Shown piece after piece: positions 1 to 11,353 of a DNA stretch of 64,000 bases. Each line of letters starts with the position of its first letter. Position 1 is the first letter of the stretch. Source of the stretch: Lama glama (lineage: Eukaryota). The stretch spans positions 14,384,001 to 14,448,000 of the forward strand of contig CM052818.1 of assembly GCA_028534125.1 (NCBI GenBank), in the 5' to 3' direction. Position numbers and translations under genes: made by a program. The notes under the pieces were generated by a model. It did not search any database. It was given only the letters and a program-made list of their open reading frames with translations, and had not been told where the DNA came from.

Positions 1-267
1 ACGGCCTTGGGTGCATGTAAGAGGAGGTGGGAGGAGATGGTGAGTTCTCGGTTCACCCAGGGGTAACAGAAAGCTCTGATACTAGTCAGCTGCGGAGCCT
101 AGGACTAACATCACATTAGGCATGGCCTCTGGGGAATAAATCACTGGAAGTCTGTAACACTAGCATCCACTGCTGGTTTATATGAGAAAACATGCAAGTG
201 GTTTGGAGTCAATACACACAGATAAACGGACAGGTGTAAGACGCATGTCTAACTGGTGACCTTACGC

Positions 268-589
268 CAGCATCAGTAAACTGGCCCACGGGCCACACCT
301 GGCCTGTCATCTGTTTCTGTACGATCAGTGTAAAACAGATTTTACGTCTTAAATGTTTTTTTTTAAAAATCGAAAGAGTATTGTGTGGCCCGTGAAAATG
401 ACGTGAACGTCAAGTTTGTGTCCCTACATGCAGTTTTACTGGAATGCACCCGTGCCCACTGCTTCACACATCATTGATGGCTGCCTTTGTGTTGCACTAG
501 GACAAAGTTTCAACACAGATAGTATGGCCCACAAAGCCTAAAAGACTGACTTACCTCTGGCCATTTACAGAGAAAGTTTCCCAACCCTG
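268..589 (+). mobile_element. MER58B-like hAT-Charlie DNA transposon relic
   Basis: Ends ...tatggcccacaaagcctaaaa...tggccatttacagagaaagtttcccaaccctg, with the longer AT-rich interior of MER58B. Confidence 0.8.
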
Positions 590-807
590 CCTTGGAGCCC
601 AGGTTTAGCAAGCTCTCTGATAACTTCTTCGTAAGTGAAAGAAAACATCTGGATGTACAGATGCGAAACGTTCCATGTCTGTCACTCAGCTGGCTGTAAT
701 TTCCAAAGCTGGTGCACCACACCTGCACGAGAAGGCAAGACAGGAACCGAGATGGACAGTCTAACATTGCCCCTTCGCTGTTTCCCAAACACGGCGTGAA
801 CGCGAGG

Positions 808-856
808 AGAGGAAAAACAACAAGTACCCACCGCGCTAGATTTAAAAGCATTTAAT
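808..856 (-). terminator. Polyadenylation signal ATTAAA with GU/U-rich downstream element
   Basis: Minus strand reads ATTAAA (851-856) TGCTTTTAAATCTAG followed by GGTGGGTACTTGTTGTTTTTCC. Confidence 0.7.
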
Positions 857-1967
857 GACATAGCATATATTTAACAGAGAGGGCAGAGGTTGAGAGGTAC
901 AGGTCATACGACGGAGCACCGGGCCTGAGTGANNNNNNNNNNNNNNNNNNNNNNNNNNNNNNNNNNNNNNNNNNNNNNNNNNNNNNNNNNNNNNNNNNNN
1001 NNNNNNNNNNNNNNNNNNNNNNNNNNNNNNNNNNNNNNNNNNNNNNNNNNNNNNNNNNNNNNNNNNNNNNNNNNNNNNNNNNNNNNNNNNNNNNNNNNNN
1101 NNNNNNNNNNNNNNNNNNNNNNNNNNNNNNNNNNNNNNNNNNNNNNNNNNNNNNNNNNNNNNNNNNNNNNNNNNNNNNNNNNNNNNNNNNNNNNNNNNNN
1201 NNNNNNNNNNNNNNNNNNNNNNNNNNNNNNNNNNNNNNNNNNNNNNNNNNNNNNNNNNNNNNNNNNNNNNNNNNNNNNNNNNNNNNNNNNNNNNNNNNNN
1301 NNNNNNNNNNNNNNNNNNNNNNNNNNNACATTCTTCACCGTTGTCACAGCTGATGCGGAAAAGCCGCGTGTCGCGTGTTAGTAAGTGATGCCAGATACAA
1401 ACGGTTTGGTCTGCAGAGTTAACAATGGGGCCGCGCGACGGCTGCAGCAAGATCATAATACACAATCTGTTTCATCCAGGTAAACCCATCGCGGGCACTT
1501 CTAATAGTCAAGACTCAGGGTAACCACTGGAAGTAAATGGAAGAGAATGGTGTCGGGAAATCGGTACATTTTGTCTGTGGTGAGCATGGGAAATNNNNNN
1601 NNNNNNNNNNNNNNNNNNNNNNNNNNNNNNNNNNNNNNNNNNNNNNNNNNNNNNNNNNNNNNNNNNNNNNNNNNNNNNNNNNNNNNNNNNNNNNNNNNNN
1701 NNNNNNNNNNNNNNNNNNNNNNNNNNNNNNNNNNTGCACCTCATACTTTTGTAACTTGGAGATAAAGTGTTTAGGTGTATTTTTCCCCACCGCCCCCCCC
1801 ACCCCGAGAAATGCTCTATAAATTAAAAAAAAAAAACAAAAACAAAACCCCAAATCAACCACATTGATGAACATTTAGGCACAGAGAGTACTGTGTTGGT
1901 TCTGAGCTTGCATGCTGGAATTTCACTGAAAAGGTAAGAGAAGGGCAGGAGGTGAAGGAAAAGGAGT
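835..1967 (-). other. SPTBN1: 3' UTR of long isoform (to proximal poly(A) site)
   Basis: Follows the stop codon; U-rich tracts on the minus strand; ends near ATTAAA. Confidence 0.7.
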
Positions 1968-2186
1968 TCACTTCTTTTTGCCAAAAAGGCTGAACCTCTT
2001 TTCTTTGTCTTTCTCTTTGTCCTTCTCCCGTTTGCCGGGACTGGACTCGCTGGTGATGGTGACGACGCTGGTGGGCAAAGTCTGTGCCCGGCTGGATGCT
2101 GGCGTGCTCTGGGTGCTGGCAGACACCTCATGTTTGTCAGAGGTGATGGCAGAAGAGATGGCCTGGATCCATGTGTTCATTTCCTC
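1968..2186 (-). CDS. SPTBN1: Exon 36 coding part (EEMNTWIQAI...RFSLFGKKK*)
   Basis: 219 nt, cag| acceptor, TGA at 1968-1970. Confidence 0.97.
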   Translation of the reverse strand, partial: EEMNTWIQAISSAITSDKHEVSASTQSTPASSRAQTLPTSVVTITSESSPGKREKDKEKDKEKRFSLFGKKK

Positions 2187-2499
2187 CTGGACGAAGGAGG
2201 GGACACAGGTGAGACTCAACCAGGAGGGATGGGCGCGAGATGCTCTCTGCCTGGGGACCATCTGAGCCTCTGCGGGCAGAATGCTGGGGAACAGTGTGTC
2301 TGCCTAATGCGGAAGGGAAGGCAGTTCCCAAATGAACCTCTGCTTTGTCACGAGAGCAGTGAATATGCTTCAACTTGCACCAGAATTTTCTTTGTGGTAC
2401 CTGAAGGTCCTCACTCTAGTACGTGGTCCTATAACCACGGAGGAGCTGGAGGACTGGTCTACAGTAGGGTGGCAGGTCCCACCCTAGAACGTGCTTTTT

Positions 2500-2553
2500 C
2501 TTTTCTTTTTTAAATTGAAATATATGTGACATACAACATTAAGTAAGTTTAAC
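2500..2553 (-). mobile_element. Very short 5'-truncated L1 3' end with diverged target-site duplication
   Basis: Poly-T plus aaattgaaatatatgtgacatacaacatt, flanked by agaacgtgcttttt (2486-2499) and agaagttgcttttt (2554-2567). Confidence 0.6.
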
Positions 2554-2974
2554 AGAAGTTGCTTTTTTTGAATTTAAAGCCCTACACATACTGTTTTCTC
2601 ATCGGCGGGCCCCCTCTCCCTTCAAGGAGGAGCCTGGTCATGCAATGGTTAGTTAGAGGCAGTGGAGTATAACGGGGAGGCTCCATGCCCAGTCCTGGGA
2701 CCACTTCCCTTGGGCCGGGCAGTTCTCCTCCATGGACTTCAAGGGACCCTGTGCTGGCTCTCCTGCCATGGCAGGAGGACAGCGAAATAACATTCACTGC
2801 CTCTGAGAGACATACGAGAACCGAACACCTTCCAGCGTTCGTGACCTTGGAGACTAGAGGACAGAAGCACCACTGATCATCATTTATATGAAGAACATCA
2901 TAAATAAAGCTCATTGTGCCACAAACACTTGCAAACTTCAAAGTGTTAAAGAGAAATGAATCTTAGAAACTTAC

Positions 2975-3017
2975 ATCGTCTTTGGCTTGGAAGAGGTACT
3001 CATTGCCATCATTTAGT
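2975..3017 (-). CDS. SPTBN1: Exon 35 (LNDGNEYLFQAKDD)
   Basis: 43 nt, cag| and |gtaagt. Confidence 0.96.
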
Positions 3018-4489
3018 CTGTAATTTGAAAGAAGAAAGTCAGTCACAATATAACCTAAGAAAAAAAAATCGTTCAACTCTCTTGTCCTATGTGGGATACA
3101 AACAGCCACAGGAATCACACCAGAAATGCCCATCGGAACTCTGCACACATCACCCACCAGGCCTGGACATCAAGCCGCCACCTAAAAGCCACATACATCG
3201 TTGGGCCAATAGACAGAGATAACTTGGGTGTTTCAATCGCTGGAAGGATCAAAAAAGTTCCAAACATATCAACATCTGGATTTTGTTGTGACAAAGACCA
3301 CTTGGATGACCGGTCACTGCTCTAAGTTGAATTCAAGAGAAAGCTCTTTAAAAATCATGAGCCCTTTTGAAATTCTGCCACTGAGCTTATACCCCCCACA
3401 TTTACAAACACTGGACTTTCTGAACTGATATGTGGAAGAAGTCTCCTGGGTTTCTCATATGTGTGTCTCTCTCAGCATGAGAGAAACTGCTCTTGTGAGG
3501 AGGGTGGGGGGAGGGGGCTCCCTCGCTTTCCGCTGGGGTCTAGAGGAGGGGGCGGAGGCAGGGCAGAGTTGATAAGTGCCCTCTGCTGATATCCTGACCC
3601 TCTGAAGCTGCATCTGCGAAGTACAGAGCGGCAGGCAGCCAGGGAGCCATGCTGTCTGCTGCTGGCCTCCCGGTGTGTACAGCATCCCAGGTCCTGAAGA
3701 GTCTGCCTCCAGTGCTAGAAATCACACCATCTGAACTGTTTCTGTGTGCAGTCCTCGGCCCTGACCAGCTGGCATGAGACGCACAGGTCACTGAAGACCT
3801 GAGCTTTTCGGAGCCCGAAGCAACAGATCAAATTAGTGTTAGACTAAGTATCATCCCAACAACTGACATGTTTACTTTTTTTATTTTTAGAAGAAAAACT
3901 GATTTTTCTGCCCTTTTCCAAGTATAAGCAGAACTTCAGACCTTGGATCCACCCTGTGGGGAGGTGTATGTGTTCTCCAGGGTAGAGAGATTTGGAACGA
4001 GATGGTTCCAGAGGCATCTGGAACATCTGCTGGGTGAGTCAGGGGAGCACAGGGCCCCAGCCCCACCCCCTACTTCCTGTTTGTCTCCATCCAGCCCCAG
4101 GATGACTCTTCTCCAGATAAGTCATGAGCAAAGAACAGCATCTCCTGGGTCTGGATAAGCTGTAAAGATGGGGAAACTATTTTTCTAAGCTTCCCTTAAA
4201 CTACAAAACAGCTCACCTTATCTTAGGAAATGGTAAGCTCCAGCTTACAAAAACGGAAGTGCCCTTTCTTCAATGTTCAACTGCACCATTAACCACAGGG
4301 ATGCCAGCGACTGGCCACAGTGCCCAGAGACCCTAACCGAGACGTGTGCCTGTCCAGTTTGTCACTTTATCGGTGATTTTCTAAACAGCAGGAGAGGAAC
4401 TGACTGATCACCACATCTCTGAATCTATCTGAGAAAACCAACGCCCAGAGAGGAAATAAACACATCCCCGCTACCCCGGCAACTCTCAC

Positions 4490-4663
4490 CTTNNNNNNNN
4501 NNNNNNNNNNNNNNNNNNNNNNNNNNNNNNNNNNNNNNNNNNNNNNNNNNNNNNNNNNNNNNNNNNNNNNNNNNNNNNNNNNNNNNNNNNNNNNNNNNNN
4601 NNNNNNNNNNNNNNNNNNNNNNNNNNNNNNNNNNNNNNNNNNNNNNNNNNNNNNNNNNNNNNN
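4490..4663 (-). CDS. SPTBN1: Exon 34, PH domain core (SWHNVYCVI...HVFKLR), almost all inside N-run
   Basis: The last three exon bases and the donor (AAG|gtgaga) are visible at 4484-4492. The expected 174-nt length puts the acceptor inside the 4493-4680 N-run; upper boundary is inferred. Confidence 0.82.
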
Positions 4664-5117
4664 NNNNNNNNNNNNNNNNNGGAACGTCAAGGTTCTGTTC
4701 CACATTCCCTTAAAGAACTAAGAGTTTGATTGTTAGGTAAATGATTCTCCCACGACAGAGTGTGATCCCATGTTAAAAGCCCTTCCTAAATTCTGCTAAA
4801 AATAAACAAAGGAACAAAATTCCTCTATGTCCTCCATGTCCCCAAGACAAGGCACATGTTGCTACAGTGGCAGGTTTTGGAGGGCTACTTCTTGCTCTGA
4901 ATTGGAAGAAAACCACAGTGCCCTCTTCTATTAAATACGGGTACTCTGCTCTGATGGGAAAGCTTTTTCTGGGGTTTCCACTCTTTGCTGTGGTGCCTTT
5001 TCATGGTAATGGGGTGCAAGCCAGCCTCCTTACTGCAAACATGCCTGTCCTTAAGCGGCATTTCAACCTTAGCTTCATTCTTTGACGTGGTCTGGCAACT
5101 TGACAGGGAGACAGATC

Positions 5118-5337
5118 CAGGGCCACTAGCACTTAGGGTACATCTTTGGATGAATGATAAAATGGTAGCCTTTCCCCCATGATATGGCAAACTGTCAGAA
5201 TATACAGATTTTATCAGAACAAGATACTTTATTGTATTAACAAGTAAGTCTGTAGTGTCCTCACTGTGGATGGCAACTCTTAGATGGGATTCCCTTGTAC
5301 AGTGTACAATCAGCACAACTGTACATGATGGTCCCAG
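5118..5337 (-). mobile_element. MER91-like hAT-Tip100 relic
   Basis: cagggccactagc... start and ...cttgtacagtgtacaatcagcacaactgtacatgatggtcccag end resemble MER91 termini. Confidence 0.55.
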
Positions 5338-5351
5338 GCAATTTATTTTAC

Positions 5352-5550
5352 TGGTTAAGCACCCAGGCTGTGGAATCAGATGAGTTTCACCCCAGCCATG
5401 TCATTTCCTAGGTTACTAAACAGGGTGAGCTTTCTTAACCTCTCAGAGCCTTGGTTTCCTCATGTGTAAAACAGAGATAATAGAAGTAAGGCTATTGGGA
5501 GATAATGAAAATAAAGACTGCCATAGAGATAAGGTCGGAGAAATGGTGAA
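5352..5550 (+). mobile_element. MIR SINE
   Basis: Core ttaacctctcagagccttggtttcctcatgtgtaaaacagagataatag. Confidence 0.8.
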
Positions 5551-5867
5551 TGTCTTAAAACATCCCACAAAGAGGAAAACAATAGGGAAATCATTTCATT
5601 TCAGGGAGGACTCTTCCAGCTCAACCCCTTCTCAGGAGGAACTACTGAAGATTCTTCCTGCTGTTCCCACACACGCTGAACTCTCCCTTCTCCTGCTGAA
5701 TGAAAAGTACGCTACTCCCACTTCCCAGTGTCGTTCCTGAGAACGTGATGCCTGGGAAGTTCCAGGACAAACCAACCATCTGAGTGCACGCTTCCTGTTC
5801 AGCTCAAGGGCAGCCCGCCTCCCCCCCTAACGGGCGACTTCCCATCTGACCACCTCTGCTACCCTCA

Positions 5868-6107
<240 letters not shown>

Positions 6108-9100
6108 CTAGGGACAGCGGAGAGGCCATTCAGCAAACCCCGTGGGCCCCGGGGGTGACCACATACGCTCTGACTCGCACACGTGGCTGTGTATAAATGC
6201 CTGGCGCAGATCGAGGCAGTACAGTAAAACCATCACACATCCCACAAAGCCAGCGGGACACCAAGGACATTAGAAGGTGGGAGTGGATTAATACCCGCCC
6301 GTTTACGGGGAGATGAGAAAAGCGAAATGCCAGTATGAGTTTTACTGCACTCTGCTCCTCGGATCACTCCATTTTCTCTAATAGAACTCAGATCGTTTCC
6401 TCTCATGGTTACTTTAAAACAAAAGGACAACGGTAACAATCACACATATTAAATATGAGAGAGTGGACGTTATACAGCAGCCACCTTACAACCAAGGACG
6501 CCACCAGAAGGGCTGGAGGTTTAAGCGAAAGGGCATTCACAAACAGATCTATAGACAACTCTATCAGAACTACACAGCATTCCCCCGAAGTCAGACAAGA
6601 AAGACCTTTGGTGTCTGAAATGCTCTCCGGCTCGCCCCACCCCCCGCCCCTGGATACATCGTCATAAACACATGCAGAAATTAGGACGGCAGTCATGCAC
6701 CTCACATCTACCATCCCCGTTAGACTTGGGAACTTAGGAGCTGGAAAGAAATGAGGCAAGTCAACAAACATCAACTGAACCACATCTGCCGAAGTTGTAT
6801 CGTGAGTGGGTTGTAGTTTGTGTTAAAGGAGCTGGAAAAGCCAATCACAGTCACTCAACACCACACGGCTATTNNNNNNNNNNNNNNNNNNNNNNNNNNN
6901 NNNNNNNNNNNNNNNNNNNNNNNNNNNNNNNNNNNNNNNNNNNNNNNNNNNNNNNNNNNNNNNNNNNNNNNNNNNNNNNNNNNNNNNNNNNNNNNNNNNN
7001 NNNGTCTTCGGGAGCTGTTCCTTCCCAAGCTCATTTCTATTGTAACCCTCAGGGCTTTCCGGCTTGGGAAATGCAGTAGGGTCTCCATTCATTATCGCTT
7101 TCAGCCTGTGTGCCATCAACTGTGTACCATGAACTGTAGCAGCCCCTGGCTGGGACACCCAGGGCGTGGGATTAGCGAGTTACTGAAGCCGGGGGTGGCT
7201 GACGCTTTAGTGGATTACAGACAACCTGCACCCCTCGTACACGGACAGACATGGAGGTGTCAATGGCACGCTCGTTAGATACGTCCCCCACCACTGCTGC
7301 CCAGAACCAAGTGACGCCAAATCAGCAGCAACAACCTCGACAGGATCAACAGTAGACTGGCCACCTCTGCTTGAGCACTCAGGTCTGTCAACTCGCAGGA
7401 ACTGGATCTCTCGGTTAGGGCTCATCTAAGTGGCAGGGCGGGAGTCACGCTTATATCCTGTCTATACGAACTAGCACTGTTAGCATCAGGGTTTAGGGCC
7501 AGACTAGAGGCTATGCAGTTGAAGGGTGTTTTTGATTACAACCCTTTATCCACACAGAAATGTGGACAATGATTCTTAGGGCAGAAGAGCTTCGGGGAGG
7601 AGATGGGCAGTGATTATCCTGGCCTTGCAGTGACAGCCTGCAGACACGAGCTTATGAGCGATAGGCTACTTAAGTTTTTCTCTCTTCCCTTTCACTTTTA
7701 AAGGAGAGATGGAGGGGAAATTAATAACCAAAATGCAAAATCCCAAGTAAGAGAAGGTGGGTGGATTTTAAAGTTGACAAATCTGTTCTAGTGTGAGATT
7801 TCAGGAAACTTCTGGTGTGAAATGTGAGATTGGTCTGGAAGGCCTGTGCCAGGCATGAGTCCAGGGAGACATGGGGTTAGTGTGTATAGAAACCAGATTA
7901 AAAAAAAAAAAATTAGTGCTGCAGCTGTGACTCGAAAACTGTTAGTGACTGCAATGACCTGGATAGAGGAATGTTTACTGGAAAAAGGCTGAAATTTATC
8001 ATACTTGGTCAGACTTCAAGGTAGCTGAAGGCCAGGGGAAGCCTCTTCTAGGGGAAATTCTNNNNNNNNNNNNNNNNNNNNNNNNNNNNNNNNNNNNNNN
8101 NNNNNNNNNNNNNNNNNNNNNNNNNNNNNNNNNNNNNNNNNNNNNNNNNNNNNNNNNNNNNNNNNNNNNNNNNNNNNNNNNNNNNNNNNNNNNNNNNNNN
8201 NNNNNNNNNNNNNNNNNGCCAACAGACAACACGCCACTAGAGACAAACATCAAAAGCAAATCATAGTGCTGTGACCAAACAGTGGGTACATGTGGATACA
8301 CCCCCCACCCCCACCCACACTGCTTCTCTTTAGCGATTAGTCCAGAGTGCTTTAGTGGCTCGGTACACCTGAGATATTTCAATCAGGAGGTGAACATAAA
8401 TGCAGCGTGACAACTAGTAGCACAAGAAACACCTGATTGGTTTTCTAAGTGTACGAAGCAACACTATTACTTTCAAGTTCATTAACTTGAGTCTCTGCAC
8501 CGTAACTCAGAAAAAACAAATGAAAAGAGCTTTTCTTCTTCTGATACAATCCAATCACAATTAAAAATTTTTTTCTGGCAAGCTACAATTTAAAAATCTA
8601 GATAAAAACAGGCATGAGAACAAATGCCAAAAACATCTTAGCATTCCTTTCCTGTGTGCTCATGTGGCATTTTTTTTTTTTTTGGTCTTCTGAGTATAAA
8701 AAGCATAAAATTGGATATTAATCCTGATGATACAAAATTTAAACATATATATATATGGACACATCACATATATACATATAGACCAAGGACACATATAATT
8801 TGGAGCCAGAAACACATGCTCCTAAAGACCAAAGATGAAGCAGTAGTTTTGTTCAAAAACGAATTTTGGTGTGTTTTAAGGCAGAGACCCAATAATGGTG
8901 CGGACTACCCCCAGAACAGAAGAAGCTTGGCATCTATCTATATACCCATCTACAGTCGCAAGTAGATAGATATGTACATAGAAATAAGGAAAAAACAAAC
9001 AAGATGCTATATGATGTTATCCTGACAAAAGAAAAAAAAAAAGACATGCATCATGAAATGAAAAGACAAATTAGACTTAACTCATGGAGAACACATATCA

Positions 9101-10351
9101 AAACAGGTTTTCTGATTCCACTAACATCTAAATATGGCAAATGAGCAAGTGAATGTCTCCCAAGGCTTTGACGTGATACGGATCTGGTTTGGTTTTGCAC
9201 TTTTCAGTACCAGAAAATCACCTCCTCATTAGCTTCTATTCCTAAGGAACAGAATTTCTGTTAAAACATTTTCGATCCCTGCTGGTGGTCTGATAAATGC
9301 CATCCTAGAAGACTCATTAGAGAGCGCCACAAAAAAGTTGTAAGAAAATGAAAAACAAATCAGAAGATCCGTATAAGACGTACAACGGCCTTTCAGTCTA
9401 CGGAGACACTGAAAGGACTTCTAGAGCCGGGACACACGCAACAGCTCCCGGCTGGTCCACCAAGGGCACGGGTTCAAGTCATCAGGGCGAACCAGCATGG
9501 CTTTTGTTCCACTTATTTGAAAAATTTAAACAGTTTGACACCCTGAAGTCATCAACTGTATGGGGAGGCCAGGAAGTCTGGTAGGCAGGCTTCTGAAACA
9601 GGCCGAGAAGTGCTGTCACGCTTGCCCTGACCCAAGGCCGGCTGCGCTCTCTGCCGCAAGTCAGCCTGGAGTTCCCAGCTCGGGACTTGGCAGAAGAAAG
9701 TAACAGAGGAACGGGTTTGTAAAAAAGGAACAAATGATCCGAGGATCTTAAGATGTTTCAGATTCTGGGCCTAAAATTAAAATAGCTTCCAAAGTAGATT
9801 CAACTGTTGGGTTTTTTTGTTTTGTTTTGTTTTGCTTTGTTTTCAAAAAATGAATGAATCTTTCATGGAATGTTACACAGCTGACTATAAGTTTTAATCC
9901 TAGTACTGAAAGTCTGCTTCCTTATACACCAGTCTTCCTACTTACTGGTAAACTACTGCAGGTTAATAGCGTCTGTAAAGGGGGCTATGTATAGTGCGGT
10001 ACTGCGCTCTGTTAGTATAACTGGGTGCGTCATACCTGTCGGATTCTAGTTTTCTTCTTCATTTTGCTGTAATCTCACTTAATTTCAATTACTCACGTAA
10101 GGCTTTTGCTGCAAAATCTTAATAAAGTAAAAAGCTCACGATAAATAAACAAAAAATACGTATGCTGCTTTCAGGCAACTGAGCATCCATCAGTTAAAAG
10201 ACTCAAATAAACATGAATTAAACGCAAACAAATATGAAACCAAGGAAGGCTATGAATTAAGTAAAATTTTAACACTGTGGGTGAAGTGGAAGCCAAAAGG
10301 TCAAACCAACAGCATTTGGAAAGAGTGGTTCTTGACAAACGGTAGCAAACT

Positions 10352-10435
10352 TCACAGTCCAGACCACGGCTGGTCACTGGCTGTCCGTCTATTAAAGTTT
10401 TTGTAGTTTTGGTAGGTTTGAGAGCGGTAACTAAC
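10352..10435 (-). CDS. SPTBN1: Short-isoform (betaII-Sigma2) C-terminus VSYRSQTYQNYKNFNRRTASDQPWSGL*
   Basis: In-frame read-through past the exon 32 donor to TGA; matches the known PH-less short C-terminus. Confidence 0.93.
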   Translation of the reverse strand, partial: VSYRSQTYQNYKNFNRRTASDQPWSGL

Positions 10436-10499
10436 CCGTGGAGATCCCTGATCAGCTGGTAAACCATTCTGGGAAACTTGCTCTCCTTTTGAAGTATCC
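10436..10499 (-). CDS. SPTBN1: Exon 32 shared part (DTSKGEQVSQNGLPADQGSPR)
   Basis: 64 nt, cag| and |gttagt donor used by the long isoform. Confidence 0.95.
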
Positions 10500-11205
10500 C
10501 TGTTGGGAAAAGGGGAGAAGAAGACAGAGGAGTGGAGGGAAGGAGAGGGGGTCGGTGGGAGGGGAAGGGAAGGAAGAAGACGACAAGAGAAAGAGAGGAC
10601 GAGGAGGACAGGACGGGGGAGAACACAAGTCAGCGTTACCACAGGCTTTCTCTCAGAAAACCACATGCAACCCTCTTTTATACAATGAGATTTCTTTTTT
10701 AAAAACTTCCCGAAGTGTTTCAAATCCACCCTAGACAGAGACCAAGCCCACAGGCAGGACGCCTCCCTGCCCATAAAGGTGGTACTACGGGTTATCAGAG
10801 CTTGGCCACAGCAAAATAACTGGCCTTTCAAAAATAAGAGTGACTTCTTCTGTCTTTTGTATGAAGTCACTCGGATCTTTCAGAAAGCACCACCACACAG
10901 TCACTGGCCTGAAATCTGGGCGGTTCCCTCCATCCATTTCATATGGAAACTCTTAATGAGTGTGAATGTGCACATGTGAGTGCACACATGTGTATGGACA
11001 TGCATGCACACAGCAGAGGAGCGCTGTCTACGTTCCATGTTTGCTGCCGACGCAGCACCGTGACTGGACAAGTCAGTGTCCTCAAACATGGTCCAGAGGT
11101 GACTGCGCGGAGTCTAAACAGTCTATGGACATGATTAACAGGAAGGGCCTAGCGCAGCACGGGCTCAGGAAACGCGCTCCCTAAACCTCCCGTGCCCCGG
11201 AAGCT

Positions 11206-11353
11206 NNNNNNNNNNNNNNNNNNNNNNNNNNNNNNNNNNNNNNNNNNNNNNNNNNNNNNNNNNNNNNNNNNNNNNNNNNNNNNNNNNNNNNNNNNNNNNN
11301 NNNNNNNNNNNNNNNNNNNNNNNNNNNNNNNNNNNNNNNNNNNNNNNNNNNNN
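11206..11353 (-). CDS. SPTBN1: Exon 31 (LELLEVRRQQ...QQW) inferred inside N-run; boundaries unknown
   Basis: A ~113-nt phase 0 to phase 2 exon is needed between exons 30 and 32. It is absent from readable sequence, and this 148-nt N-run is the only gap in that interval. Confidence 0.72.

Noticed and set aside
842-1874. ORFs of 70-200 aa spanning N-runs
   Set aside because: They are open only because N codons contain no stops.
10121-10149. AATAAA motifs as the short-isoform poly(A) signal
   Set aside because: They are on the plus strand, antisense to SPTBN1; relevant only to an antisense RNA, for which the sequence gives no evidence.
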